DNA from: Lama glama
Taxonomy: Eukaryota
Length of the DNA stretch: 64,000 nt
Assembly (NCBI GenBank): GCA_028534125.1
Contig: CM052817.1
Location: 101,000,001 to 101,064,000, forward strand
Direction of reading: 5' to 3'
Program-made: the position numbers and the translations under genes
Notes under the pieces: generated by a model
Databases searched by the model: none
Seen by the model: the letters and a program-made list of their open reading frames with translations, nothing else
Told to the model about the DNA's origin: nothing
Shown here: positions 12,600 to 26,550 of the stretch, piece by piece
How positions within the stretch are numbered: the stretch's first letter is position 1
Layout: each line of letters starts with the position of its first letter

Positions 12600-12790
12600 C
12601 TTCTCATCTGCCAGAACTTTATACAGGTTATCTCATTACACGTCCTACAGGCTTACAAGGGAATTATCTTCATTTTATTAGTAAGGAAATTGAGACCCAA
12701 AGAATTTGAGTTATTCATGAAAGACACAAATCCAGCCAGTGGCAGAATGAAGGTATGAATTCCCAAAAGGACTGAATTCCCGAACTAGAC
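12600..12790 (-). mobile_element. MIR SINE fragment
   Basis: cattttattagtaaggaaattgagacccaaaga...agccagtggcagaa. Confidence 0.5.
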
Positions 12791-15264
12791 TTTTGCCATT
12801 TTATCACATGCCTTCTAACTCCTAGTTCTGTTATACCATGGTACCTCATTAAATTATATTTTCTCAATTTAGAGGGTAACACCTACATTGAGGTTAGGAA
12901 AGTTTCCACAATCCATATTACTGTCCTAGTACTTGTGATTCTGGTTTTTTATTGCTGTATGTATTATTGTTTAAAATAACTTATCTGTTACTATTTAGGT
13001 AGTAATACGTTATTAAAATGTGATGTTTTAGATCCAATTAGATGCTTTTATTATTTGGTCCTAATGTAGAAATTGAATGGAAAGTTGTGGTCATTTACAT
13101 CTAGTAAATGTTGTAAATAATGTAAGAGGAAAAAATTCAAATATTGTGCAACTTCATTCTGTAAGTACAAAGCAAGCAGATTTTTAGATCAAGGGATTAT
13201 TTTCTTCTTCAGTGACAGGAACTGCAGCCCTGTTCTTGATGTGTGTACACTTTGACTATTACAGTGATGTGTAAAATACCCCGTCCAGTTGAGAACGCTG
13301 AAATCACTTATCAACTAAATGAAGTTTAGGAGTCATGCTTTATTTTATTTTCATTGCCAAGAAAGCGTATTTAATTATTTATGTGTGTGTTTATAATGCA
13401 TGTACATGTGTCCTAATTATTTTGTATCTTTTACTACCATGTCTCTTGTACCTTACTGTAAAAAAGATTTTTTATTCTATCCAGTTAAGGTTTCAAATTA
13501 CACAATAAAATCTTAAGGTTTATACACATTTTCTTCACAGGGTGGGATTTACATTCATGAAACAAGTGTCCGTTTACTCCTCCTGTCTGCTTTGAATTTA
13601 AGCCTGTTCTCCTTCTCTGTAAATATAGGATTCCAAATTCTGCTACATAACATTTCAGTCTGCTGTGATTTCACCTTACTACACTTAGTTTTTTTGTTTA
13701 TTTGTTGTTAGTAAAGGCATAGCTTCCTAGGTTGTATAGCTCTCCCTGTGGCTAAATTAGAACTCGTGGCATTTTCAAAGTTAGTAATGTGGAATTGTGG
13801 ATATTGAGAACTTTAAGAAAGGAACAATGTTACCAGGGGTATGATGCAATGATATATACTTTATGATACAGTAAGTAGTAAAGGTTTTTGTTTTTAATAA
13901 TTATGATATTTATATCCAATTCAGTGTTTATAGTTTTATTCCTCTTATTTGGTGATTTTTTTATTTTGCTTTTTACCTCTTAATGAATATCGAAGAAGAA
14001 TAGTTGTAATATGTTGTGTGAACTTTTTCTAAAATTTGTAAAAAATATTTTCTCTTGTGTTCTATTTGTAGTAACATTTAGTCTTCTGTATTGTAACTTA
14101 GCTTGCAAAAATGGTGCCAAAAATCTTCAGCTATTCTGCCTTTCATTTTAGTTTTTACATACATTTATTGGTAGTTGTTTTATATAATCCTTATCTGCCA
14201 ATATTTGCAAAACTACAGTTTTGAAGACTGAGTTCAAAACTTACGTGAATTAAGAGTTACATAGACCTCTCTTAAATGGGAAATGCTTTTAGAATAATAA
14301 AGATAATTTTACTTTCCTGCTATTTATTAATGATTGAATATTCTATCTAGAAATTTAATTATAGCTATAGCACTAACATGAAATTTGCATCTGCTAAGAT
14401 TCTAGTTAACTTAATATTACAATACAATAATATTATTGCATTATTGTTTTCAGCTGAAATTTTTAAAAGTATTTTATAATAAACTCAGAATTCTCAACTT
14501 AAATGATATATCTTACAATAAGATATGAGCAGTTTTTTAATTTGGTCAGATGTGTTCCTGATAACCTGTTAATTAACCAAACTTAGACTAGAAAGCTTTC
14601 ACTGCTGAAAATTCAGAGTTAGTCCCTGCCATCCATATGTGAAGGAGTCACGTGTAATGTTTGCTAAGCCAAGACTCAGTTTGTTCAGAGAATGAACTAA
14701 AACTGGTGTTGAGTGATCTTTCCTGAGCTGTTTGTCTAGATAGACCTGAGCTTGGGAGTCAACTGGTCACTAAGTTTACAAAGAAATGTGTATTGTTAAT
14801 ATTTATACTTTGAGGAGATTCAGTCAAAACATAAAATTTGCAGTCAATTTTATGTCTGAAAGTTTTAGCCGATTGTTACCTAATTTGGTTGTGAAAGTTA
14901 AAGTTTCTCTGATTAATAATCTGCTATATTTTTCTTCTTCACAGCTGTGCTTACAGTATAATAGAAACAAAACGTAGAAATGAAAATATTCTTTCTAGTA
15001 CAAAATAGTTTAACTTTTTAAAATTATTTGATTTTAGCTATGCATCTGAGCTGATGATAATTTTGGTTTATTAGACTTTTTCTGTACTTGTATGGCTAGT
15101 TGGGATTTAGATTCCTATTTATTTATTTAAACATTGAAAGAAAAAACTTCTGTAGCTAGATTTCTAAATCAGATATTTTCCCAGTAGGGATATGTTTGAG
15201 GTTTTTTTTAGTCGCATTTACTCATTTATAACTGGATAAGTTAAGGTGATTTCTTTTGTTTTAG

Positions 15265-15422
15265 GAAGAATTTGGCTATAACGCAGATACCCAGAAGCTT
15301 CTGGCTAAAAATGGAGAGACTCTTCTAGGAGCCATTAATTTTTTCATCGCCAGTGTGAACACTTTGGTGAATAAAACAATAGAAGATACTTTAATGACTG
15401 TGAAACAGTATGAAAGTGCCAG
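15265..15422 (+). CDS. ARFIP1: ARFIP1 coding exon ([53 protein letters not shown])
   Basis: ttttag|GAAGAA acceptor, CCAG|gtacgt donor; 158 nt, phase 0-2; translated by hand because it is missing from the + ORF track. Confidence 0.96.
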
Positions 15423-15454
15423 GTACGTATAGATTTTCACTATATTATCTGTTT

Positions 15455-15850
15455 TACAGATGGTTTTACATTGCAAACAAGAGAAACCAACTCTGGCCAA
15501 TATGGACAGAAAAATAATGTATTAGAAGGTTATAGGATAGCCCACAGAGCTAACAGAAAGGCAGAAGAAGAGATTCTAGAAAGAGGCAAGAACCAAAGCC
15601 AAGATAATGTTTCAGAAGAATCGAATTAGGATCCTGATGCCAGGTACCTCTGGTACTTGATGCTGCTACAGCTCCCATAAATAATAATTTCCAAAAGGCT
15701 CCTGCATACTTTCCTTCATTTCCTTGAGAGTATCTGGTTGAGCTTGGTCATGTACCCAAACCCTGCCCGCTAGAGAATAAGGAGATGGAAGAGCTCCCAG
15801 CTCCAGCTTCCTTGGAAGAAGACGGCCTTGTGTTCTACCAGGCAGGTACC
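15455..15850. mobile_element. Old MLT1-type (MaLR) LTR, tentative
   Basis: ttgcaaacaagagaaaccaactctggc...tattagaagg resembles old MLT1 ends. Confidence 0.4.
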
Positions 15851-16232
15851 AGATGCCCTCTCCAATCTGCCCTAAGCCTACCTTGTCAACCTCATCACTG
15901 CTGCTTCCCAGTGGAAGCACTTATGCTGCTTCCGCAACAGCCAGACTCCAAGTTTCAGTTTCTCTTGAATGTACAACTCATTTCTGCCTCCTCTGTCTAT
16001 TTCCTAATGCTTTCTATACGTATCCTTATCCTGTACTTTTACAAGTAAAAGTTCAAACCACTTGGAAAGTTAACTTTTGTTTTTAATTGTCTTAAAATTT
16101 TTTGGTGGTAGTTGTTCAAAACATTTCTGTACCTTATAAACACACAGTTCCAATTCAAGGTTAAGAAAGTTATTACTGTGTTCTCTCTGTAGTTTGTCTT
16201 TTTGCACACACCCTCTCTAATCCCCTGAAAAT

Positions 16233-18150
16233 GTTTTTTCTTTCTATTGAACCATAGTTGATTTACAGTATTGTGCTAGTTTCAGGTATACAGCAAAGTG
16301 ATTCACTTATACATATATATTCCTTTTCAGATTCTTTTCCATTATAGGTTATTACAAGATATTGAATATAATTCCCTGTGCTATAACAATAAATCTTTGT
16401 TGTTTATCTATTTAATATATATTGGTGTGTACTTGTTAATGTTATACCCCTAATTTATCCCTCCCCCCACATCCCCATTTGGTAACTGTAAGTTTGTTTT
16501 CTATGTCTGTGACTCTGTTTCTTTTTTGTAGGTAAGTTTATTTGTATTATTTTTTAGATTCCACACATAAATGATATCATGTAATATTTGTTGTTCTCTA
16601 TTTGACTTAACTTCACTTGTGTAATAATCTCTAAGTCCATCCATGTTACTGCAGATAGCAATATCTCATTCTTTTTTTTGGCTGAGTAATATTCCATTAT
16701 GTATATGTCTACATATACACACCACATGTTCTTTATCCGTTCATCTGTTGGTGGACACTTAGGTTGCTTTCATGACTTGGCTATTATAAATAGTGCTGCT
16801 GTGAACATTGAGGTGCATGTATCTTTTCCAATTAAAGTTTTCAGGTTTTCCAGATACATGCCCAGAAATTAGATTGCTGGGTCTTGGTAACTCTATTTTT
16901 AGTTTTTTTAAGGAACTTCCATACTGTTCTCCATAGTGACTGCACCAGTTTACATTCCCACCAACAGAGTAGCAGGATTCCCTTTTCTCCACACCCTCTC
17001 CAGCATTTATTATTTGTAGACTTTTTGATGATGGCCATTCTGACAAGTGTGAGATAACACCTCATTGTAGTTTTGATTTGCATTTCTCTAATAATTATCA
17101 ATGTTAAGTATCTTTTCATGTATCTGTTGGCCATCTCCATGTCTTCTTTGGAGAAATGTATGTTTAGATCTTTTGCCCATTTTTGATTGGATTGTTTTTT
17201 TGTTTTTGTTTTTGTTTTGTTTTGTTTGATATTGAGTTGTATGAGCTGTTTGTATATTTTGGAAATTAATCCCTAGTCGGTTACATCATTTGCAAATATT
17301 TCCTCCCATTGTGTGTTGTCTTTTTGTTTTGTTCATGGTTTTCTTTGCTGTGCAAAAGCTTATAAATTTAGTTAGGTCCCATTTGTTTATTTTTACTTTT
17401 ATTTCTTTTGCATTGAGAGACTAAGCTAAGAAAATACTGCTACGATTTAGTAGAATATTTTGCCTGTTTTCTCTTCCAGGAGTTTTATCATGTCATGTCT
17501 TATATTTAAACCTTTAAACCATTTTGAGTTTATTTTTGTGTGTGGTGTGAGGGAGTGCTGTAATGTAAGAGCCACAGCTCTTACTTACGTGCAGCTGTCC
17601 AGTTTTCCTGACATCACTTGCTAAAGAAGCTGTCTTTGTCCATTGTATATTCATGCCTCCTTTGTTGAAGATTAATTGACCATAGGTGTGTGGGTTTATT
17701 TCTGGGCTCTCTATTCTGTTCCATTGATCCATATGTCTTGTTTTTGTGCCAGCCCCATGCTGTTTTGGTTACTGTAGCTTTGTAGTATTGTCTAAAGTCT
17801 GGGAGGGCTGTCTCTCCACCTTTGTATTTTTTTTTCCCTCAGGATTGTTTTGGCAATTCTGGGTCTTTTGTGATTCAATATAAATTTTAGGATTTCGTCT
17901 TCTAGTTCTGTGGAAAATGTCATGGGTAATTTGATAGGGATCACATTAAATCTGCAAATTGCTTTGGGTAATATTGCAATTTTAACAACAGTAATTCTTC
18001 TAGTCCAAGAGCATGAGATATCTTTCAATTTCTTTGAATCACCTTCAGCTTCCTTTATCTGTGTTTTATACTTCTCAGCAGATAGGTCTTCGATCTCCTT
18101 GGTTAGGTTTGTTCCTAGGTATTTTATTTATTTTTAATGCAATTTTAAGG
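16233..18150 (-). mobile_element. 5'-truncated L1 (about 1.9 kb): ORF2 C-terminal remnant plus 3'UTR
   Basis: - strand ORFs 17792-18028 (KDISCSW...[17 protein letters not shown]), 17514-17732 ([21 protein letters not shown]) and 16841-17140 ([12 protein letters not shown]...CWRGCGEKG...CWWECKLVQ) are L1 ORF2p pieces. Confidence 0.95.
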
Positions 18151-20269
18151 GATTGCTTATAAAAAAGCTAACTTTTGATTTCTGCACAAGAGATGTTTCT
18201 GTCCTATGCTGTGTTCGTAATTTTCTGTTTAGTATCATTAACATATGAGATTCTTGGTGACTTGGAAAGGAAGGTCAAGACAAATAGCTGTGGTTGTCTG
18301 GTAGGAGATATGGAGCTTGTACCTTATTTAGGTTTTGGACTCAGTTTTTAACTTTTCTTTATTGTTGGAAGTGTTTACTAACATAATATTAAAATCAGTA
18401 GTTGGAAAAAAAGAAACATTAGAAATCTATCAATATCGTTTCCTTCAATAACTCTGAAGCAATCTCTCAATAAGATACACTTCAGTAGGAATTCAGTAAC
18501 ATTCCCAGTAATTGGTTCTCCAGTCTTTATTTAAATCCTTCCATGGGCATTGCCTATATTTTTCAAAGGATTTATTATGTATATTTTTCATTTCTATAAA
18601 TTTTATTTGGTTCTTTTCCAAATTTGTTTATTCCTTATTCATAATATCCTAATTTGTTCATAATGAATACTTTCTTTGATCTCTCTAATCATTTTAAACA
18701 TTTGTATTTTCTAGTCTTTAAGATTATTTTAATATTTGTGTCTTTGGAGATGAAACTTCTTTTGTTCCAAAAGTATCTCCTACCACTTCCCAGTTAAGAA
18801 CTGTGAATGTAGTTTTTGTCTCTCTACTTTGTCCACTTATTTTAGCAACTAAAATATATTTCAGCTTAGTATATTTTAAAATATAAAATGTATTTCATTT
18901 GAAGCATATAATGTCTTTCTCTTCAGCCTTCATTTCTAACACGCTTTTAAAAATATTAACCCATGTTAAAGAAGGGCAGATATATTAGATGTGACTGTTC
19001 ATACACAAAACATTGTATATTTAATCTGCAAAGGAGAAAAGTAAGCCTCTAGAGGTTAAATGGTTTGCTCACTAGGAACCAGTTTTAAAGCCAAAATGAA
19101 AACCCATGGGCCCCCTATGTTCTGCTTTTGATTGTTAGGCCCCAAGCTTGAACTAGACTAATCTCAGATTTTCACATCTAATTATAAAAAATAATTTTCC
19201 CATATTACAGTGAGGAATCACTCAATGTACAATGTGATACAAAATCTCAATTTATCCAATATAATTGATCTGTTTGAAACTTTTGAACAAAATTATAAAC
19301 CAGTCTATATGTACTCGGTAGCTGGTTGTCAGGAAACTTTTAGACAACTGTGTGTACTTTAGAATCCAACAATAATAACCAACCCCACCCCATAATTTAT
19401 TCTGTTTTATTGAAATTACAGTTATGATTTTATTGAGCTTAGCTTGGTGATTGAATTTTCTGTGCTGTTTATGAAGTAGCTGAGGCATGGACTAGTTGTA
19501 ACTGTAAAACATTGCCCACTGAGGGATAACATTCAAAAAAATCCCAGATTAAGGTTTCTCAGTAGCTGATTTTTTTTTCTGTCAAAACTAGAATTTATTG
19601 ACTTTTAGGGCAAGGGTTGGCTATTTGATCAGCACAGAAAGTGGTGATTTAGGCAAGTGTCCGGGTGGCCTTTTAACGCTCCCTATTATGCATTGTACAA
19701 GTATTCCTTGCCCTCTGGTGCTTCGTGTATAGAAAATCTTAAAACAGCCCATTCAGCACTTCTCCAGAGCAGCACCAGCAAGGGAGTCGGTTGTGGTTAA
19801 AACTTTTCAGATGTGGACACCTGTTCTCTCGAGGTTTTATATAAGCCGTAAAGTAACCAACTATCGCTAACTTTATTGATATGGACTCAGTTCAGACTGA
19901 CAACCCTGAAATGAAGGGTTGTATTTTGAAAACTTAATATACTTCTCTTTCCGGTGGTAATGAGCCCTATTAGATAAGCTCTTATGGAAAGTTTTACTTT
20001 AACACCATCTACAAAGTAGATGTAAAAATTAAGGGATATAAGAACAGTATTATAACTTTGACTGTGTTTAATCACTGTTATTTAAAAGTATGCCCTGAGG
20101 CTATTGAAGGATATTCGTCTTCACGTTAAATGACTACACATTACTATTCATTTTTGCTCTAATTTTTTTCATTTCTTATTGCTTTTAGTATGTTTGCTTC
20201 TGGCCATCCCTCTTCTAATTTGGCCAAAATAATAAGCACCCCAAAGATATTAGTTATTAGCAGGTATCC

Positions 20270-20400
20270 TATGTACTTTATATATTTTTGTGTGTGTGGA
20301 GATTATCATTCCTATTTATAGGTGAAAAACTAAAGCAGAAAGAGGGAAAATAACTCACTCAAGACATTCAAGCCAGTGAAGGGCAGAGTGGTCATGCCAG
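20270..20400 (-). mobile_element. MIR SINE fragment
   Basis: tatcattcctatttataggtgaaaaactaaagcagaaagag...caagacattcaagccagt. Confidence 0.5.
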
Positions 20401-20449
20401 TGGAAGTTAACTAGTTATTACTATGTCAGTCTTGCCTCCGAAATCTTTA

Positions 20450-21187
20450 GTAATCATCTCCTCCTCCTTAGCTCTACTGTCATTGTCCTGATTCAGTAAC
20501 TCATTTCTCTTTTGCTCATAGTCTTCTAATTGGTTTCCTTGCTTCTAATTTCATAATCTACTCCAGTCTGTCTTCCATGCTTTATGTTACCCCTGGAGTG
20601 ATCTTTCTACCCTGAGCAAACAGAACGTGTCACTTTCTACATCAGAGTTCTCCGACAGCTTTCCCTCAAGTGTCCTACTGGATTAAATCTGATCTCTTTT
20701 AGCATGGCCTGTCAAGCCCTGCTTAATCTCAGTCCTGTCTTCCTGTCTGATTTTAATTCCTTGTCTTGTTCCAACTTCAAGTTTTAAATTACTGAATTAC
20801 TTCCCAAATGTGTCATGGTATCTTACAAATCTATCTCTGCCTGGAATGGTCTACCAATTTCCCTGCCCTGATCCACCTCATAATCTCTTATCATCCTTTA
20901 AATTTTAATTGTTTTCAGTTCTATTCTGGGATGCCTTTTCAGACACCTGATTTAGTCATTCTTCCTCTTGATTCCCGCTGTTCCTTATCTGCCCTCCCTG
21001 TGGCAGTGTCCATTATCCCCTTTGTTATGGTTGCCTACAGTCTCACCCTCTAGACAGTAAGCTTCTCAAAGATGAGCTGTGAAGATGAGCAGATAAAGCT
21101 TTAGTTTCTAGCACAGTGCCTGAAACACAGAAAGTGCTCACTTAATATTTGCTGAATGAATCATTGTATCAGTGAATGAATGAATGA
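20450..21187 (+). mobile_element. L2 LINE 3' fragment
   Basis: ctagacagtaagcttct...ctagcacagtgcctgaaacacagaaagtgctca...tgaatgaatgaatga is the L2 terminus. Confidence 0.7.
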
Positions 21188-21677
21188 TATACTTTTGGCC
21201 CTGAAAGTTCAAGTTTATTAAATTCAGTACCAGATAAGACTAGACTAGGCTCGGTGTGAGGGACTGATGTATTCTTTATCAGGTCATATATACAATATTT
21301 ATGCCACTTATTAATTCCCAAAATAGGAGATATGAATTGTACTACAGATATTTCAATAAAGAGCTTTAGTTTTAGAGCATAAACTTTGTGATGCTGATTT
21401 TGACTAAATTAGAGGTCACTTTGCCTCTTAGTTGAGTACTTGAATAGTTGACACTGCTGGATAAGTCACTAATAAGTAGCATTATACTTACACAAGTGCT
21501 GTGACAGAGGTTTTATGAGGTGCTGTGGGACCACGGATGATGGTGCTGGGGTAACTTTCAGTTAGTGGTGGGAGAATGTTAGGAAGCGGCATCTCAGGGA
21601 ACACAAGGTGACAAGTGCTGTATAATAGATGCCATTGTCATATTCTAAATACTAATGTTACGGAAATCCATCTGGAG

Positions 21678-22010
21678 GTGTACAGTCCCATACAGTAGCC
21701 ACTAGGCACGTGTGTCTGTTGCGCACTTGAAGTGGGGTCAGCCTGAATTGAGGTGTGATGGAAGCATAAAGTTCACATTGGATTTCAAAGACTCAGTACC
21801 TCTCCACTCCAGCCTCGGCAAAAGTAAAACGATTCATTAACAGTTTTTTACATTGATTACATGTTGCGGTGATAATATTTTGGATACAGTGAGTACCATA
21901 AAATATGCTGTTTAAACAGGTGAAATTAGTTTTTATTATTTTAATGTGACTGCTAGAAAATTTAAGTTGCACATGTGGCTTACATTTTCTAGTCTGCATT
22001 GATGGCCTAG
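21678..22010. mobile_element. MER33-like hAT-Charlie element
   Basis: gtagccactaggcacgtgtg...ttaatgtgactgctagaaaatttaagttgcacatgtggct. Confidence 0.7.
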
Positions 22011-22459
22011 ACTGGACTTTAGGGAGCACTGGCCCTCAGTTAACTCCCTTTTAACAGTTAAAGTATGTTCTTCTAAAGTCTGCTGTCCTCACCTGCTTTG
22101 CCTTATCAGTATTAACCGATTCTCATGGGGAATTAATCACTACCCTTGATCTTGCATTAGGTTTAACATCTTTTTTTTTAACTGGTTTTTAAATTTTAGA
22201 AATTTTTCTTGTCAATTTATACTGTATTTGGAGAGGAACTATTAGTAAGATTAAGAAGCAGCTTCCCCCTGCCCGCCCCCATGCTATATTAATAGCTCTT
22301 TGTATTAAATACATGGTTTTAAAAGCATAAGGTATAAAATATGTATGAGAATTATCATATAGTAGTGTATAATATGGGACTGTTATGTCATTCCCCTCAC
22401 CTCCTGGACTTGTCTCACACCGGTTTTGTAGTTTGCTTCACTTGTTCTCTTCTTTCCAG

Positions 22460-22634
22460 AATTGAATATGATGCATATCGCACCGATTTGGAAGAGCTGA
22501 ATCTTGGACCACGTGATGCAAACACTCTGCCAAAGATAGAGCAATCACAGCATCTGTTCCAAGCACATAAGGAAAAATACGATAAAATGCGCAATGATGT
22601 TTCTGTCAAGTTGAAATTTCTAGAAGAAAATAAG
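22460..22634 (+). CDS. ARFIP1: ARFIP1 coding exon ([58 protein letters not shown])
   Basis: tttccag|AATT acceptor, AAG|gtaaat donor; 175 nt, phase 2-0. Confidence 0.97.
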
Positions 22635-22745
22635 GTAAATTTACTCTTCACCTTTTGAGATCTTTCTGTGGACTTTAAAATAAAATCACTCTAAAGAGAG
22701 GTAAATAGAAAGCTTTTTTGTTACTGTTAACTGTTTTTCGTTATA

Positions 22746-22960
22746 GAGTTGACCCTTGAACAACTCAGAGGTTAGGGGCACTGGCCCTCCACGTAGTCGA
22801 AAATCCGCGTGTAACTTACAGTCCGTCCTCCGAATCCAGGATTCCTGTCTGGGATTCAGCCAACCGCAGATCATGTAGTACTGTGGTATTTACTGTTGAA
22901 AAAACTCCACATATATGTGGACCCACACAGTTCAAATCCATGTTGTTCTGGGGTCAACAT
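22746..22960. mobile_element. Tigger2-family MITE (MER28/Tigger2a-like)
   Basis: Terminal inverted repeats gttgacccttgaacaac ... gttgttctggggtcaac, preceded by TA. Confidence 0.8.
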
Positions 22961-25900
22961 TGGTTACAAAATGAAATTCCATTTCTAATCAGTGTTTGGA
23001 TTTTTTTGAAATACACAAAATATATTTACCTTTCTGTCATGAAAGTCATCATCAACTCTACTGTTCCAATCTTTCACGTATGTAACAATTGGTAAAAAAA
23101 AAATACTTGATGTTGAGCTGTTGATTTCGGATTGGTGATGTGTCGGATCAAGTGCTTTAAAAAGTTATATAATGACAAGGGGAAAAACAGTTATATAATG
23201 ATAGATTCTGTTCTAAATATCTTGAAACCTTTTAATTAATGGTAGGTACAGATTTCAGGACCAGCATTCTTCTCAGTAACGAATAAATGAGGAATGACTA
23301 AAAGGTTCAGTTTAGGGCTGCAGTTAGCATAACCTAGAAGAAATAAGCCAAGAAACCAATTTTCTGCATTATCTTCATGTAACATGAACATATCCAAGGG
23401 CTAGATCAGTGAGAGTGGAAATGGCGTCTCTTGGAGGTGGAGTCATATAATAACAGGTTCATGAGCTTTGGTTTAAGTAAAGGGCGGTTCCCATGTTTAG
23501 CATTCCTTATATTACATGCATCCTCAGTTTGGGGAGGGGATTGCACTTCTGGAAATGAGAGAGGCAGTCGTGAACTTGGGGCAGGGGAGGGGTAGCTCTG
23601 TCCTGTGCAGGTGGCGTCTCATCATTCCACATGGATGGTCCCCTTCCTGTGCTCTTCACCTCCTCTGAAGTCATGGCAGACCTTCAGCTCTGCTTTCTTC
23701 CAGGTGCTCTCTAATATTATTCTTCAGTTCTGACTGGCTGTTGGTACCTTCTTGTTTTCCTTAACATTTCCTTAGAAACTCTTCTGGCTACATAAAAGCT
23801 GCAGAGTGGTGCACTTCCTTGAGACCAGCACTATCACTCACTTTTTTTTTAGCTACAAGGGGTGGAAAGTACTCATTTTCCATTACACTGAAACCATTAT
23901 AATGGCAGTAAAGGGAATCTCAGCAGAGTCACCAGACAGGTTGCCCAGCATTATTCACATAAGACATATTGAACCTTTTAGCATTCATTAGCTGAGCATG
24001 AGATGGCATTCATTTCAATCATTGTGTTTAATATTTTGAAGGATAGGAATATATCAGTACTTAGCTATAGACACATTTTAAGTATAAAAACATGTTGTGC
24101 ATACTGCTCTAGAGTCAGCCCTGTATAGTGCTAAGTGAGGTATGCTGGCATTTGGCGGGCTCTACCTAAAGCTAATTTGGAGGGAAAGAAAGGAATTCAC
24201 CTAATTTGTGGGTGCAGGACCTCTGTTAATAGAGTAAAATGATTTTAGGAAATGTATAAAATGGTAATTGTGTTGTATTGGGATCTAACGGTATTTTTTG
24301 TTTGCTATTTTCTGGATAGCGAGATTATGGGTAATTTTTGTTTTCTATGTATTTTTCTATATTTTAGACATTTTCTGTGAAAGGTTATGTTGCCTTTATA
24401 AAAAGGAGAGAGTTATTTTGAAAGAACTAATATCTCTGAACCAGCTATGCTTATATGGTTCTTGCCAGAGTAAGTTGAATTAAGCAAATTACACAAGGAT
24501 AAATAATGGCCATGTGACTGCTACTTCTCTTACTGTAACTGTTTTTGAAACTTGGCAGTAGATGTCCAGATGTCAGCGTGAGTCAGGGAAGGCACCTATT
24601 TGTCAGTTACTAGGCATTTTACATATATTCTCTGACTTAATCCTCATAACAACCTTTATACTTTAATTCTTTCAGTAAAAATTATTGAATTCTTTATATG
24701 CTAGAGATACATCAGTGAACAAAAAAGACAAAATCCCCACCCTCTTGAGGCTTACATTCTTTCATTGTCCACACTTTACAGATGAGTGAATTAGTTTTAC
24801 ATCCTCTTCTGTAATCATACTTGTTCTTCACTTCTCACCTGGTGGAACTCTGTCTCCCTGATCTGTTCTGTGTAGAAATGCTCTTCACTCACTGGGAAGA
24901 GGTGTGTGACATTGCTAGGCTCTTCCTTTTCCTGTGCCCAGGAGAAGTTCTCCTAGGTCCTGGGAACATCAAAATCAGTATTTGAGCTCTGGGAATTGGA
25001 CTGCAAAAACTGATATAGGGCCTGTCTAAATCTAGGGTCATTACTGCCTGAAGTAGCCCCGTGTTGTATCTGGAAGTCAGCTGTAGTTCCAGTGTGGACA
25101 GGAAGGAGGAACAGAGGTGACAGGTAGAAGAGGAATTGTATCCTCTCTTCTCTACCCTAACTTGGCCAGCTTGACCTTTGTTGTCCTCTGCTGTGCTCTA
25201 GAGTTGAGCAGTGTAGTCAGATAGATAGGCAAGTTGGACTATGTCTTTTGCAAAAATATCCTGAATTAAGAATTTGAAAACCTAGGTTCCACACCCACTT
25301 CTACCGCCTGCTAGCTTTTTGGCCTTGGACAAGATGCAGAGTCCCCAGACTTCTGTATTTTCCTTCGAAAATTGAGGATAAATCATATCTTGTGGTGAGC
25401 ACATGAATAAAATAGTGTCTTCTGTTCTATGTCCTGTTCACAAATCTTTGTGGGGTTCCTACTGTGAGCCAGGCACTTGCTGAGTGAAGGGATGAAGGAG
25501 AAGGAAGACAAAGTTCATGGTCTTACGGAGTTACAAAAACCCCAAATGGTGGTATTTTCTAGAAGTCATCATCTTCACACCTTCTCCTGGTGGCTTGCAA
25601 CCTAACCAGTGTCCCGATTGCTTTGTGTCTGTTTTGCTGGTACAAACAGAAATCAACATTAGAAAGATGGAACAGAAGACATGAACTGTATTTGTTTGAT
25701 ATGTTAAATCATATAATTTGGCTTTACAGAATCATTACTGTCTCGGTGGTAAGGATGATGAATTGTCTGAGGTACATTCAGCAGTCTACCTGGCCAGTTC
25801 TCCTACCTAAAATAACTTAACCTAGTTGCTGAAGACATACGTTGATCATTTGACAGTGGAAATATTTTTTTTGGCCATAATATTTCAGGCTTAGAATTCA

Positions 25901-26149
25901 CAATCATTTCTTACTCCTTTGTCATTGTTCAGGATAACTTTTTATGTTCCTTCTAGTGATCCCTTGTCTAACATTGTATTACTTATTTTCATAGGTTGAG
26001 AAGTAAATTATATTATTTTAATATCTGTAGTATCCTCTGGTCATAGCAATAAGCAAATAGCTATTACGCAGACATATATTAAGCCTCTGCTGTTTCAGGT
26101 ACATCGGTGGTAGTACTGAGGCATTAGCACGTGCTGGACGGCTAAAGTC

Positions 26150-26362
26150 GCCCTGTCCAGGAGAGCTGTCTGCAGTAATGGGGCTACTCTGTAGCCACAC
26201 TTCCCTGCTGGCAGCCACTAGCCGAGCGTGGCTTTGGTCACCTGAAAAGTTGCTAGTGCAGTGAACCTTTATTTTATCTTAAAATTTAAATAAATTTAAA
26301 GTTATTTTAATTAAAATTTAAGTAGCCACATGTGGCTAATGGCTATCATATTGGACAGCACA
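26150..26362. mobile_element. MER3-like hAT-Charlie MITE
   Basis: gcagccactagccgagcgtggct...agtagccacatgtggctaatggctatcatattggacagcac. Confidence 0.7.
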
Positions 26363-26409
26363 AATTCCAATTCTTAAAATTTCTCCAATTTGAGAAAACT
26401 TGCTTACCC

Positions 26410-26550
26410 CTTTGAGCCTCAGATTCCTTACAGATAACAAAGGAGATAGTAATGTCTACTTTACAAGGTTGATTTGAGTGGTGGTGATAATATGTAAAGC
26501 TCCCAATAAGCACCTTGACAACAGCGTAAGAACTTAATAAATGGTAGCTG
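26410..26550 (+). mobile_element. MIR SINE 3' part
   Basis: tttgagcctcagattcctt...gatagtaatgtctactttacaaggttg...atgtaaagc. Confidence 0.55.

Noticed and set aside
14646..14655. GTCACGTG E-box (CLEAR-like)
   Set aside because: Single intronic motif far from any promoter; expected by chance in 64 kb.
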